Assembly: GCA_000002435.2 (NCBI GenBank)
Contig: CM018789.1
Origin: Giardia intestinalis
Taxonomy: Eukaryota
DNA length: 64,000 nucleotides
Direction: 5' to 3' (one strand)
The notes under the pieces are model-generated. The model worked only from the letters and a program-made list of their open reading frames with translations. It was not told the origin of the DNA and ran no database searches. Made by a program: the position numbers and the translations under genes. Numbering within the stretch: the first letter of the stretch is position 1; the number at the start of each line of letters is the position of its first letter. Below are positions 18,600 through 28,996 of this stretch, piece by piece.

Positions 18600-20021
18600 T
18601 CATACTATTCTGTCTCTGCGCCTGTACATCGTTGTATAGGCCTCCCAGTGTAAACTTTCTTGACGAAGCCTGTGACAAAGCAGGCGTCCTACTTTCTTGG
18701 ACTCTTTCTTCAAGTAATGCTGTAGCAACTTCTCCATATTGGTATGGGTGATGTCGAATGAATCTGTGTTGCGAAACCGGATATAAGGTAACTCTTGTAG
18801 CCCAGCCATGGCGTGCTTTTTAAGTAGGCCAGTCTGCTCACAAATGTAAACAAGATCAACGTGCTCAGACTTCTTTGGAAGCTTTGCATCTTCAAAAGCT
18901 CCGCGACTGGAAGGCACGGGGGAGAAGGTTAGCTCCTTCTCTGTCCCAAGTGTGTGCATTGAAGATTCGCTCTGGGCGTCAAGTGAGACTGGCACGCTCT
19001 CTGAACTAAGTGTGGCCATCGAGCCATTTCTTCTTACTTGAAGGAGCTCTTCCAAGTTAATCCCAAAAGTGTATTGAAGAAGATACTCAAGGACTTTGTT
19101 CGACCAGTATGCTGTAAAGCCCAATAGCCCAAGCTTTGAAAGAGGCTCCTCTGGGCCAGCTTGCCGATTCTCCATCTGTCCAAGGAGATATGCAAAATCA
19201 ATCAGTAGAGAGCCTATGCCCATTCTATGAAAGCAGGGAAAGGTCAGAATACACGCTAGAATATTGTTTTCACACTTCTCTTTGCTGAAGTACCCGACTA
19301 TTGTTTCCCCTGTGGGATAGCGAAGATTGCAAACTGGCTCAACAGCTGGGCCTCCACGACGCCGAAGAGAAGCATTCATTTCTTCGTCAAGAACGTCGGT
19401 GCGTACGGTCATAACATAAAAGAGGAAAATATCTGTGTCATAAAAGAGAGTTTTGCTATCCAAAAAAAGTTTCGTAAACAGACATAGACACTGACAGAAC
19501 AGCTTGTTGAGCCGTCCATCAACCTCGTAGACTGCGAGGAGGCCGTCGTCGTATATTCTCAAGCCCGGAGGGCGCCTCATGTCACAGTTCTGAATGTGAG
19601 CTGTGTAGGTCTTTTTCTTTCGGATGTAACGCATGCAGAACGGGCAGATAAAGATCTCTGGTAAGTGTGTATAGGGAGGAGGGAACGGAGAGTAGTACCA
19701 TGTGACCATGCGCACGTTCCCCATACAGACCTCTCCAATTGTCCGTTGCTCGAAGGATAGGGGCGTTTTGCTGGCAGTGGGTGGGTTTAGATACTCGAGC
19801 TCATCGTAGCGATACCATGAGGTCTGTTTGGCTTCTCGTGCCTCGGCGGACCCTGCGACACAAAAAAACCTCACATTAAAGAGTTGGTTTTTGGAGCCCT
19901 CTGGGCCACCCACGATTTTTATCTGCGCTATGCGGCCCTTCTGGGGCACATCTGACCCGCGGGGTCGCGTCCGCACTAAAGTCCCTACGAGGAACAGAGC
20001 CTCTGGGGGACAAAAACGCAT
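18600..20021 (-). CDS. MYST-family histone acetyltransferase
   Basis: Diagnostic MYST blocks are present: WYYSPFPPPY, ICPFCMRYIRKKKTYTAHIQNC (C2HC zinc finger), PPGLRIYDD...EVDG, CQCLCLFTKLFLDSKTLFYDTDIFLFYVMT, GYFSKEK, acetyl-CoA site FHRMGIGSLLIDFAYLL, PEEPLSKLGLLGFTAYW. The ATG at 20021 is preceded by cattaaatgaa. Confidence 0.85.
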   Translation of the reverse strand: MRFCPPEALFLVGTLVRTRPRGSDVPQKGRIAQIKIVGGPEGSKNQLFNVRFFCVAGSAEAREAKQTSWYRYDELEYLNPPTASKTPLSFEQRTIGEVCMGNVRMVTWYYSPFPPPYTHLPEIFICPFCMRYIRKKKTYTAHIQNCDMRRPPGLRIYDDGLLAVYEVDGRLNKLFCQCLCLFTKLFLDSKTLFYDTDIFLFYVMTVRTDVLDEEMNASLRRRGGPAVEPVCNLRYPTGETIVGYFSKEKCENNILACILTFPCFHRMGIGSLLIDFAYLLGQMENRQAGPEEPLSKLGLLGFTAYWSNKVLEYLLQYTFGINLEELLQVRRNGSMATLSSESVPVSLDAQSESSMHTLGTEKELTFSPVPSSRGAFEDAKLPKKSEHVDLVYICEQTGLLKKHAMAGLQELPYIRFRNTDSFDITHTNMEKLLQHYLKKESKKVGRLLCHRLRQESLHWEAYTTMYRRRDRIV

Positions 20022-20224
20022 TTCATTTAATGTTCAAAGGAACTGTCTTTGAGGTTTCAGACAAACCCCTTAGAATTGTAAATGAAAGGGTAGATTTGGT
20101 GACTTTTTAATTAAAATTGCATGTAGTTGGGAATCCCTGACCCGGTGCGAACGTTAATACCCCCGCAGGGAAGCCTGCGAAAGCCTTAAGAAAAAATTTA
20201 TTAACTCATTATCTATACCTACGT

Positions 20225-21742
20225 CTAACAGAAAAAGGGAAGTGCCAGAGGCTGTAGCTCCTCATACTGGGGAACATTCTCAATAAACGAGCGATTGACG
20301 GACTCGATGGACTCGAGCATTGTCTTGATCTTATCCATATCAAATGCTTGGCGGGATGTCTGGAAAAAAGAACACAGTGCACAATTTCCCACGCAGCCAG
20401 CTGTCTCGCAAACTATAACAGTTGAGCCGTCGAGGATGTTCTTGTAGTGCTTGGAGCTCTTTTGGATGTAATATTTGCAAATTCGAAGAATGGTTGTCAC
20501 GGTGTCAATCATTCCATGAATCTGCACCACCTTCAAGATGGCTTTTTCAATAACATAGGAGCCGTATTTGGACTCCAGGATCGTTGGCAAATAGCGCGTG
20601 AGAGCTACCTTGCTGATAAATGGCAAGAGGAAATTTTTGGGCAGAACGTTTTCCTTGATTAGCTTTTCTAAGAGATGAGAGGAGTACTTACCGAAGACCA
20701 ACTCGGGAGCATCATTGATGAGTTGTTGTATGATAGACTTTGGGCACTTCTTGTTTTCCAAGAGGTGCTGGATCACGTAGTTACCACAGGTATTATTGCA
20801 TATTGTTGCAAAGTTCTCAATCACCTGGCTGAGGACCGCCGGATCTATCTGGCCTTCTTTAAAAAGGGTCCTCACCACCCAGGATGCATACGTGTTGATA
20901 CAGGCCTGAACCAGAATTCGTGGATCCCCTAGCAGATTGTAAAGGATGGGACCGACCTGCTGCCTTGCTTGGTTGATCATGGCCTGGAGAATGTGGTTGC
21001 CGTAGATGTGAAACATGCAGGGAATCAAGTGCGGATGAAGGTGAGGAAGGATAGCCTGGACCGCAGCCTTTCCATGAGCCGAAAGAAGTGATTGGAGATT
21101 CTTGCTTCCTTGCTTAGTCGTATACATGCTTACAATGTTGGCTGCCAAAAAGCTCGGAGAGGGAATACCAGGTTTCTGTGATTGTGATTGAGAGTCGCTC
21201 AGCTGGGGAGAAGAATATGGCGTTGTGGCTGTAGGGTAGGGAACCGGAACAGTTTGGCAAGGCGGGCTGACGGGGCAATAATAGGACGATGGTGCAATAG
21301 ATTGTTGAGCATATTGATCGACGGGAACAAAACTAGAAATACCATATTGAGGAATTGGTTCTAACTGCGTGTTTATGGACAAGGGGACTATGGGAGGCGT
21401 GGACTCGTTGATGGAGGGATAGTGTAAGACTGGTTGGGGTTGATAGTGGACTTGTGCGGTGGACTGGAAACCGGGTTTTGTGCATGCAGAGGCGCTGACT
21501 AGTGAAAGACCGGGAGGGGGAAGACCGTAGGATTGATGTGATATTACTGGGGGAAAGATTGAAGAATTGAAACCAGAATCACGTACACCGATGTGCATGT
21601 TAAGATTTTGACTACACGAAGAAGAGAAAGAAGTGTGACTGAAGGACCCCGTGGCTGGGGTCTCCCTGGCTGTAGAGTCGTCTGAATAGATCGATGTGCT
21701 ACAAAAGGCAGATTCTGGGCTAGATGGACTATCGGTGAACAT
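20225..21742 (-). CDS. Pumilio/PUF-repeat RNA-binding protein with an S/P/Q-rich N-terminus
   Basis: The C-terminal half carries PUF-repeat cores HIYGNHILQAMINQ, TCGNYVIQHLLEN, SKYGSYVIEKAIL and FGKYSSHLLEKLI. The N-terminal 200 aa are low-complexity. Confidence 0.65.
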   Translation of the reverse strand: MFTDSPSSPESAFCSTSIYSDDSTARETPATGSFSHTSFSSSCSQNLNMHIGVRDSGFNSSIFPPVISHQSYGLPPPGLSLVSASACTKPGFQSTAQVHYQPQPVLHYPSINESTPPIVPLSINTQLEPIPQYGISSFVPVDQYAQQSIAPSSYYCPVSPPCQTVPVPYPTATTPYSSPQLSDSQSQSQKPGIPSPSFLAANIVSMYTTKQGSKNLQSLLSAHGKAAVQAILPHLHPHLIPCMFHIYGNHILQAMINQARQQVGPILYNLLGDPRILVQACINTYASWVVRTLFKEGQIDPAVLSQVIENFATICNNTCGNYVIQHLLENKKCPKSIIQQLINDAPELVFGKYSSHLLEKLIKENVLPKNFLLPFISKVALTRYLPTILESKYGSYVIEKAILKVVQIHGMIDTVTTILRICKYYIQKSSKHYKNILDGSTVIVCETAGCVGNCALCSFFQTSRQAFDMDKIKTMLESIESVNRSFIENVPQYEELQPLALPFFC

Positions 21743-22022
21743 TTTTTGAGGCTCTTTATAATATTTAGAACATTTTTATTAAGTTTTGCAATTAAAATAT
21801 TTAATAAGCTCGAATTTGATCGCCTTCAGGGCAGAACCCCTGTTATAGAGACTCAGCTGCGAAGTATGCCTGTCTTGAAGCCCCTCTTTTCGTCACGCAC
21901 ATCCTAAGCTGCTGGTTGCAGTTGTTGAGCTTGACGACTTGGCCCGGACATCTAAAAGTATCTGAAATTATATATTTGTTTTTTTGAAAGGGCTTCAATA
22001 ATGCATTTATTTCTTGGCCAGA

Positions 22023-22679
22023 ATGACCGACTACTCGCTCCCGTTCGGGGTCCACCTCTATTTCACAGGAACCTTTGGGAGCCGCGAGGTCACAGAAGAC
22101 TCGTTCCGAAACTTAGTCACGCAGATCACCACCACGCCAATCAAGACTATCGAGGAGCTCTGGCGTGTCGTCGATAACATCCCGTCGTTTTTGGATGCCA
22201 ACGATGGGTTCACTTACTACTGGTTCAAGGAGGGGAAGAGCGTCACCTGGGAGAGTGAAGACAACTCTAACGGGGCGGTCTATTCGTACAGTCACGAAGA
22301 AGACGAGCAGCTGATCAAAAGCAATCCTCTGCACTGGGCACAGGTCAAGGCAGATCTGGAGGGCCGGGCCTTGGCGCTTCTGAGCCTCTTTGTTGGCTGC
22401 TCTTTGCCTGAGTTTACCGACCTTGTCAACGGGCTGCTTTTCAAGGTGCGGCGAACGAGAATCTCATACGAGCTTTGGCTTCATAAGGAGCCCTCTCCCG
22501 ACGAGAGGAGGCTACTTGATCAGTGTTTATCAGCTGCACTGCAGATAGATGGCGCCAAGGCCAGGCATATACACTTGAAAACTACGCGCGATCTAATATC
22601 CAGAAGCCAGACATCTTCCAGGCGGTCATCAAGGGCTCCCTCTGAGGAACGGTCACGAACGCACAAACGCTCACGGTGA
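22023..22679 (+). CDS. eIF4E: eIF4E-family cap-binding protein (eIF4E-like)
   Basis: TIEELWRVVDNIPSFLDANDGFTYYWFKEGKSVTWESEDNSNGAVYSY aligns with the eIF4E core (...FW..Y.HI......G.DY.LFK.GI.P.WEDE.N..GGRW), including the conserved Trp and Glu cap-binding positions. There is a basic C-terminal tail. The track start at 22014 is TTG; the first ATG is 22023. Confidence 0.55.
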   Translation: MTDYSLPFGVHLYFTGTFGSREVTEDSFRNLVTQITTTPIKTIEELWRVVDNIPSFLDANDGFTYYWFKEGKSVTWESEDNSNGAVYSYSHEEDEQLIKSNPLHWAQVKADLEGRALALLSLFVGCSLPEFTDLVNGLLFKVRRTRISYELWLHKEPSPDERRLLDQCLSAALQIDGAKARHIHLKTTRDLISRSQTSSRRSSRAPSEERSRTHKRSR

Positions 22680-22825
22680 CAGCACTCTCTAACCGCGTTG
22701 TCTACTCGTTGCATCTCAGGTGCCTATTTGTAAATTGAGCTGATTGTGCCGACTGCATTATCTGGACTGGTCCAAGTCCAGAGGGGAGTGACGCGTTTAG
22801 AAAAAGTTGAAGGAAAACATTGGCT

Positions 22826-25345
22826 ATGTTTTCACTTCCGTTCTTTTGCAACCAGCAATCGGTCCCAGCTGACACATTTTGCAGCTACTGCGGAAGATGC
22901 ATACCGCAGGGAACGAGCGCGCGGCTTACAGAGTCCCGGGTTTTCTGTGCATCTCATGCCCAAACGACTGCGTACTCGATCACCACAGACGCATGTACCT
23001 TTGGAAACTTTGCCCTTTCCTTTGATGAGACTGGGTTTTCCGTAACGATAGACTTGGATGTTCTTCTGGAGCACCGGCCGGATCTAGGGATAGGTATAAT
23101 TTCCCGTTTGCCCATTACAGTCCTTGATGAGACACGGGCGTTTTGCATGGAGGTCTTCCACAGCAATATCCCCGTAGGAAATGAACTACCTGAGTACAAC
23201 TCTGACGCCGCCTCTATCCCAGCTGGCACTCAACCTGACTGGTTGTGCTATCGGCAAAATAAGATACAGAAGTCCAAATATACTCTATACGCACAGTTCC
23301 CCACCTATGGCGTTCTTCAGAAATCGACACGCCTACATCGCTCCTCTAGCCAACTGGAGTCTTTGAACATGGGCCCTCCAGACAAGCGCTTCTGGTCTGC
23401 TAAGTTGCAAGAATCCAAAGAGAAGATATCTAAAGAGTTCCTCCCAATACATTATGTTTACACGGATGTCACCGCTTGCCAAATGAATTCTAAATGGCCG
23501 ATTTATCTTGCCACTCCTCCGCAGGGCGCCAGTCTTCCTGGCTGCAGCTTCATTTCTATAAATATATATTGCTCTTACCTTCCTTCTGTGTTCCAGCCAC
23601 TTCACAGCTCCTCTACAAAGGCCTATATTCTGCGTGCAGATCTTGCTAAGAGCCTCATGAACACATACCCACCAACAGATGTTATCACAGAGGAGTTCTC
23701 GGTTATTCTTGGCAAGTATCTTTGTCAGATAGCTGCACGTGTCGTCTACCCATATAAGTACCAAAATATAGCAAGCACGGAGGAGGCCATAAAGAACTTC
23801 TTCTTAAGCAACAGAAAGTCTCAAAACCACAAACCACCATCAGGCATAGATAAGGGCGTAACGTTCGGATCTCTTCTGAACTCGCGGCCGACGGGGTCGG
23901 AGGTCATAGTATATGTTTCTGGAGGACTAGAGACGCAAAGCTACAACCAGAAGAAGGACAAGATAACAACGAGCTACATGCGCTCTTACCTGTGCCTCAA
24001 CCAATATGTTATTTCCTACGCAGCAGAGAGATTCAGGCTCCACCGTTTAATCACATCTAAGCCGGAGTTACTATCATCGCTAACACAGGATCTTTCGGTG
24101 ACCTCAACCGAAATGAAGTTACTCACTACTGCGTTGGGCCCTCCGAGCCAATTGATAATGTGCAAAGTGTTTTATGAGTGTTACAAGAAGGTCGGAGGAA
24201 ATTGTGCCCCATTTCAACTTCAAACGTGGAACTCAGCTAATAATTTCTATAACATAAATATATCCTTGCTTGCAAACGACGGATCTGTTATAGATAAGGT
24301 CATAGAAACATGTGACCAGCATAACACAGAAAAGAGCGACGTGCTGACAGCTGAGGAGTCCTCCAACATACAACCCAGTACCGTTATCTTTACAAGCATA
24401 GTCAACTTGACCTCTCTCTATGACAAGTTGCTGGGCTCTGATGACCAGCAGGACGACGCTCCGTCAGTACAGCTTTCGACCACTACCAGCCAGCTCGGAG
24501 AGCGCTCCCTCACCGACATGACCAGCATAGCAGGGAACATGGACGACGAAGACACAGGAGCAGATAGCTATCGGGTCTTTGCCGGGCTCATTGGACACTG
24601 CTCGTTAAGACCCATGTTCCCGGCGATATGGGTCGCATACCGTATCTCCTTTCCTAAAGCAGATCCCATGGAGAAGCTTCTCACTACTGTTGGAGCCTCG
24701 TTTCTTAGCACTCTCGGTAATGCTTCGGGAGAATTTATCAAAGGGTCAAGCACATCGCCGTACTATGCCTCGCTCCGGGGCCGCACGATAACAACGTCAG
24801 GTGCAGCCGCATCAGCCACAGCAATCTCATCATTCAACATCCTCGCCGTTTCACTGGCAGATGATGTCGTGGACAGCAAGCAGATGGGTGTGCATGGAGG
24901 CTCGACTGAAGAAAGCGGTCCCGCAAGGATGGGCGGATCTAGAGTGGTTTCGGCCATTTATGACATCTTACAGACAAGTACAGTACCGGATGGGTCAAAG
25001 AAGTATATGGGGTCTCTTGGAGATAACATCACGATCGATGCGCTGGATCGCATATATCCCCAAGACTACAGCAGGTCACTGTACTACTCTGAACCGTCTG
25101 TGCCCGTTTTTGCCAAGCCAAGGTATCTTTTTGCGCCGAGCTCAACGCCCAATAACTTTAAAATAGATGAGCATTTACTAGAATCTATATGCTTAGGATA
25201 TGGCGATTTTATGAACGTTGACGCTGTGCGGCGAATCCTGGAGGCAAACCATGCGGGTCTGAGCTCTCGGCTGTTTCTTTGTGAACAGAATGGGCAGAAA
25301 ATTTTCGACCGAGTGCAGAGTAATCATCGCAGACCCTCTCAGTGA
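22826..25345 (+). CDS. Hypothetical protein (~840 aa)
   Basis: Long ORF. The track start at 22820 is TTG; the ATG at 22826 gives MFSLPFFCNQ... with a Cys-rich N-terminus (CSYCGRC). No domain recognised. Confidence 0.5.
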   Translation: MFSLPFFCNQQSVPADTFCSYCGRCIPQGTSARLTESRVFCASHAQTTAYSITTDACTFGNFALSFDETGFSVTIDLDVLLEHRPDLGIGIISRLPITVLDETRAFCMEVFHSNIPVGNELPEYNSDAASIPAGTQPDWLCYRQNKIQKSKYTLYAQFPTYGVLQKSTRLHRSSSQLESLNMGPPDKRFWSAKLQESKEKISKEFLPIHYVYTDVTACQMNSKWPIYLATPPQGASLPGCSFISINIYCSYLPSVFQPLHSSSTKAYILRADLAKSLMNTYPPTDVITEEFSVILGKYLCQIAARVVYPYKYQNIASTEEAIKNFFLSNRKSQNHKPPSGIDKGVTFGSLLNSRPTGSEVIVYVSGGLETQSYNQKKDKITTSYMRSYLCLNQYVISYAAERFRLHRLITSKPELLSSLTQDLSVTSTEMKLLTTALGPPSQLIMCKVFYECYKKVGGNCAPFQLQTWNSANNFYNINISLLANDGSVIDKVIETCDQHNTEKSDVLTAEESSNIQPSTVIFTSIVNLTSLYDKLLGSDDQQDDAPSVQLSTTTSQLGERSLTDMTSIAGNMDDEDTGADSYRVFAGLIGHCSLRPMFPAIWVAYRISFPKADPMEKLLTTVGASFLSTLGNASGEFIKGSSTSPYYASLRGRTITTSGAAASATAISSFNILAVSLADDVVDSKQMGVHGGSTEESGPARMGGSRVVSAIYDILQTSTVPDGSKKYMGSLGDNITIDALDRIYPQDYSRSLYYSEPSVPVFAKPRYLFAPSSTPNNFKIDEHLLESICLGYGDFMNVDAVRRILEANHAGLSSRLFLCEQNGQKIFDRVQSNHRRPSQ

Positions 25346-25401
25346 GTAACTTAAGCTTACAGCCGTGCGAAGATAAAGGCAAACCACAAGCTGCACACTG
25401 T

Positions 25402-28400
25402 TTACAACCCGGATTCTGGCTCTATGTCGCCTGGTGCGGTGATAAACCCTTTAGAACTATTTATTAAAGAGATGACGCCCACATCGGACACCGTATTCGT
25501 CCTAGTAACACACGCATACGTGAAAGGTGCCATGGGAAGCTCATCAAAGTCTATTATGTTGGTATTGTTCCACTTCAAGAGAGGGTTCATATAGATCTCA
25601 TAGAATTGCTTTCCAGATGGATAGTCAAACACCTTTAGCACACCCGTATCGTGCTGCGAAACAAGGAATTTCTTAGACGTGTTTATAAAGGCAGCCTTTG
25701 TGTGATTATATGCACTGCGGATTGAAGAAAAATTGTAAACAGATGCCGCTGGATTAGCGTGGTCGCTGCGAACATCGTAGTGTAGCACTCGTCCATCAAG
25801 TGCAGCAGAAAGAATAACGTGTCCATCCAGGCCGAATGTGATGCTCTCGACAGGTAGCCCAGAAAACTTGTCCAATGTAAGAACAGGCTTGGAGCTGGAG
25901 GACAGTGTGCGCACATCATAAAGTAAGATCTGCCCTGACAGCGTACCCAGTCCTAGTAGAGAGGATGACAGAGAGTAGCTGCATTTGGTAAACTGTGGAG
26001 CCCGTGGGGCCAGCTCGTTTGCAGACACCGGTAGGAGGTTGGTTATGGGAATATCATTAACTAGTGTGCATAAATCGTAGTTGACCACGCGCAGAGCGTC
26101 TTGAGCGACGGAATAAACCTCGCTGAAGGATGATCTAAGGGCAAAGTCTAAAATGGTACGACCAACGTCGATGCTATGGCTTTTCAGTCGCTGCTTATGC
26201 GCAGCACTGTGTGAGTAGTCATAGAGCATGTGTCCAAAAAGCAGCTCACCATAGGAGGTGGCTGCAACAATAACGTTTGCAGAGGAACTCAGCCACGTGA
26301 GAGCCACAATGGAGTCTTGGCTGTGCCCCTCTGTCTTCCTGCGGCGCATGAAGGGAATGTCCACCACGTAGTCACGCCTAGACGAGTCCGTGATTGTAAC
26401 ATAGCGATGCATAGACTCAACAAGAGGCGCCGATCCATCAATAACAAACACATCTCCTTGATCAGTACCGATCGCAATATCAGAATTGTAAGGGGAAGCA
26501 CGGAGTACGCTTGGGCGACCGAACCTAGACATCAAGGAAAAGGTGGACTCCGTCGGCAATTCTGGTGGTGTTGTTGAAAGACGAAATGGGGAACCAAGAG
26601 AGGACACATTAAAAATACTGTAGCTTCTAGGCTCAATGATCCTAGAGATGTGGCGTGCACAGAGTTTCTTCGCTGTACGCGCAGGAAGGTCTAAAGGCAT
26701 AATGGTGGGTGTAAATCGCCAGCTATGGTACTGACCCTCCAGCTCTTGAAAGTATAAGGAGGGTCTGTTCCTCATTATCGGAAAAGTGCCTCGGGAATCG
26801 ATGGATGATGCACTCTTCGCAGCTCGGTCTGTTTTCTTCTTCTTCGAGATGGACGCCTTATCTTCTAGCCTTTCCAGTATGAGATAGTGAGGAAAAGAGT
26901 AACGACTCTGTATCTCCTTCACGTATTCGCGCTGCTTTGTAGGTGCAATGGAGACGCCATCAATCGTCTTGAGGGAGGGGAGCAAAGCAGAAAGAAGGGG
27001 AAGGTAATCGGGTCGTGTACCAATTGACATAAGGCGCCTAACAACAATGGTCGGAAGATCGTATCTGATGGAGTCCAGTAGACCGCTCATTATTGAGAGT
27101 TTTGTAGCGCTGTCCTCTCCCTTGAATTGGCGTATGATACTCTTGAGAACGTAACTAAAGAACGACTTAGATTGACGAAGCTCTCCGGTGCCCTGGATAT
27201 CAGATCCCTGGCCCTTTTGTTCTTGTTCGGATTGCTCTAAAGAAGGGGAGGCCTGGACTTCACTTTTTTGTGCCAGAGAAGATTTCTTATCCTCTGGAAA
27301 AGACAAGCAATCCACCTGAGGACTGTCTTGATTATGTAAAAGGGCTTTAGCAGATATAAGATGGTTTAAGTCCATATCGTTTGTATTGCCTGCAGGGGAC
27401 TCGCCTGCAGTATTGTATGATAACTCGAATGCTGGTGCAAGCGACGAAGAACCTTCGAAATCTGCACTCTGTATCGTGAGATGGCCCCGATCACTAATCA
27501 GGACATCTGATGTGTGGGCATCTCCAGACGCAGTGTATGCAAATCGATGAAAACCGGTGCCCGGAGAAACTCTCTTTTCACTGTAATAGTTGATGCTCGA
27601 TGAATGGTCAGCCATATGCTCATAGCTGCAACCGGACAAGGATGCAGATTGCTGTCTCTCAGTGCTTTTATATTGCCTTAGCTGAGCTTCCTCAAGGCCC
27701 TGCTCAGCTCTTATGCGTGTAGGATTGGTAGTTCTTGCAGGAAACGTGGTAGTGTCTGTATGGTGTAGATGTTCAAGAAGCATTCGTTCAGAAAGAAAGA
27801 TACCTCCTTGACGCAGGATGTTCAACAGGTCTATTTCGTGAGTCGAGTCTGTAAGGTCTTTCACTTTAGTAAATGATATGAGCAAGCGTGAGGTTTCAGT
27901 GATTTCCTCGAAGGGCACTTGAAGTATAGCACAACGTATACAAACGTGGCTAGTGCTCTTGAGAAGTACTTCATAGACGTCACCAGCCTTCTGCCGCTCA
28001 CTCTCAATGGAGGTTGAAGAAACGGGTGCTTCAACGGGATGTTTAGTATCTATAGGCTGTGAATAATGCTGTGGCTTTGTGGATAACGCGTGCACTTGCA
28101 CAGAAGATGAACGCAAAGTATCTTTAGGTTCTGCCTCTCCACGCTGTCGAACAGCTGAGGAGAACCCAAGCCAGGATAGGAAGTTACTGTCTGAAACATG
28201 CTTTCTCACACTAATCTCTTGATAAAGCATAGATGTAAACCTCTCGTAGACGGTAGCTGCTGGTCGCTGGGAAACGGGGCACGGGAGCTTGAGCCAGAGG
28301 TGGCGCAGATTTGGAATTTTTCCAAGAGTGTCTAGGAGCACAAAGATATTAGTAGGGTGGAATGCAGAAAGGTCGAGGACATCAAACTCATATTTCTCCG

Positions 28401-28518
28401 GGGTGCACAATCCTGATCTGAAGTGATCTGTGATAGGATCGGAGAGTGTGTCACCCACAGACGGAACATCAGCGCGACAGATGGGACACTTTTCCATGAC
28501 ACTGCCCGCATTTTCCAT
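25402..28518 (-). CDS. Hypothetical large protein (~1,040 aa) with an N-terminal C-x2-C element and a C-terminal beta-propeller-like region
   Basis: Long ORF. The track start at 28569 is GTG; the first ATG at 28518 gives MENAGSVMEKCPICRADV... No confident family assignment. Confidence 0.5.
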   Translation of the reverse strand: MENAGSVMEKCPICRADVPSVGDTLSDPITDHFRSGLCTPEKYEFDVLDLSAFHPTNIFVLLDTLGKIPNLRHLWLKLPCPVSQRPAATVYERFTSMLYQEISVRKHVSDSNFLSWLGFSSAVRQRGEAEPKDTLRSSSVQVHALSTKPQHYSQPIDTKHPVEAPVSSTSIESERQKAGDVYEVLLKSTSHVCIRCAILQVPFEEITETSRLLISFTKVKDLTDSTHEIDLLNILRQGGIFLSERMLLEHLHHTDTTTFPARTTNPTRIRAEQGLEEAQLRQYKSTERQQSASLSGCSYEHMADHSSSINYYSEKRVSPGTGFHRFAYTASGDAHTSDVLISDRGHLTIQSADFEGSSSLAPAFELSYNTAGESPAGNTNDMDLNHLISAKALLHNQDSPQVDCLSFPEDKKSSLAQKSEVQASPSLEQSEQEQKGQGSDIQGTGELRQSKSFFSYVLKSIIRQFKGEDSATKLSIMSGLLDSIRYDLPTIVVRRLMSIGTRPDYLPLLSALLPSLKTIDGVSIAPTKQREYVKEIQSRYSFPHYLILERLEDKASISKKKKTDRAAKSASSIDSRGTFPIMRNRPSLYFQELEGQYHSWRFTPTIMPLDLPARTAKKLCARHISRIIEPRSYSIFNVSSLGSPFRLSTTPPELPTESTFSLMSRFGRPSVLRASPYNSDIAIGTDQGDVFVIDGSAPLVESMHRYVTITDSSRRDYVVDIPFMRRRKTEGHSQDSIVALTWLSSSANVIVAATSYGELLFGHMLYDYSHSAAHKQRLKSHSIDVGRTILDFALRSSFSEVYSVAQDALRVVNYDLCTLVNDIPITNLLPVSANELAPRAPQFTKCSYSLSSSLLGLGTLSGQILLYDVRTLSSSSKPVLTLDKFSGLPVESITFGLDGHVILSAALDGRVLHYDVRSDHANPAASVYNFSSIRSAYNHTKAAFINTSKKFLVSQHDTGVLKVFDYPSGKQFYEIYMNPLLKWNNTNIIDFDELPMAPFTYACVTRTNTVSDVGVISLINSSKGFITAPGDIEPESGL

Positions 28519-28996
28519 TGTATGCCGCGCTGAATAGCTAACGGCGTTTTTTAAACAGTCTTTCCACACTCACGCAGCAGATGCCAGTTCGCAACAAGTG
28601 GCCTATTAGTTAAACAATCTTGTTAGCAAAGAATGCTTTTCAGGCACTAAAACATGACACCAGACAAGCATTTACTTGTTGATAAAGAAAAGAACGACGG
28701 TGTGGAGCAATTTAAACTGACGGTTTATTGGTAGCAACTGGTAAAATGTCAGAGGTTGTACTAAGCCTCCTAAAGCCTATGGAAAAACTCTTGTCCAACC
28801 AATCATTCATCTATTCTGACTCTCATGAAAGAGTTATAGAACAAGACTAATACTATACCAACAATACTATGCCAGGTGCTCGTAGCTTTATAGTGAGGTG
28901 CCCAAGACGAAACCTGCACCAAAGTGCTTAGGTCTGGAGGCTGTCACCCGGGATAGCAAATTTTAAATTGTTCTCCGACGCCACTTACGTTCAGGC

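Noticed and set aside
20100-20200. Small hairpin CGCAGG-GAAG-CCTGCG in the 200-bp spacer between the PUF and MYST genes
   Set aside because: It has only a 6-bp stem, with no flanking conserved boxes. Such hairpins are common by chance, and I cannot support a ncRNA call.
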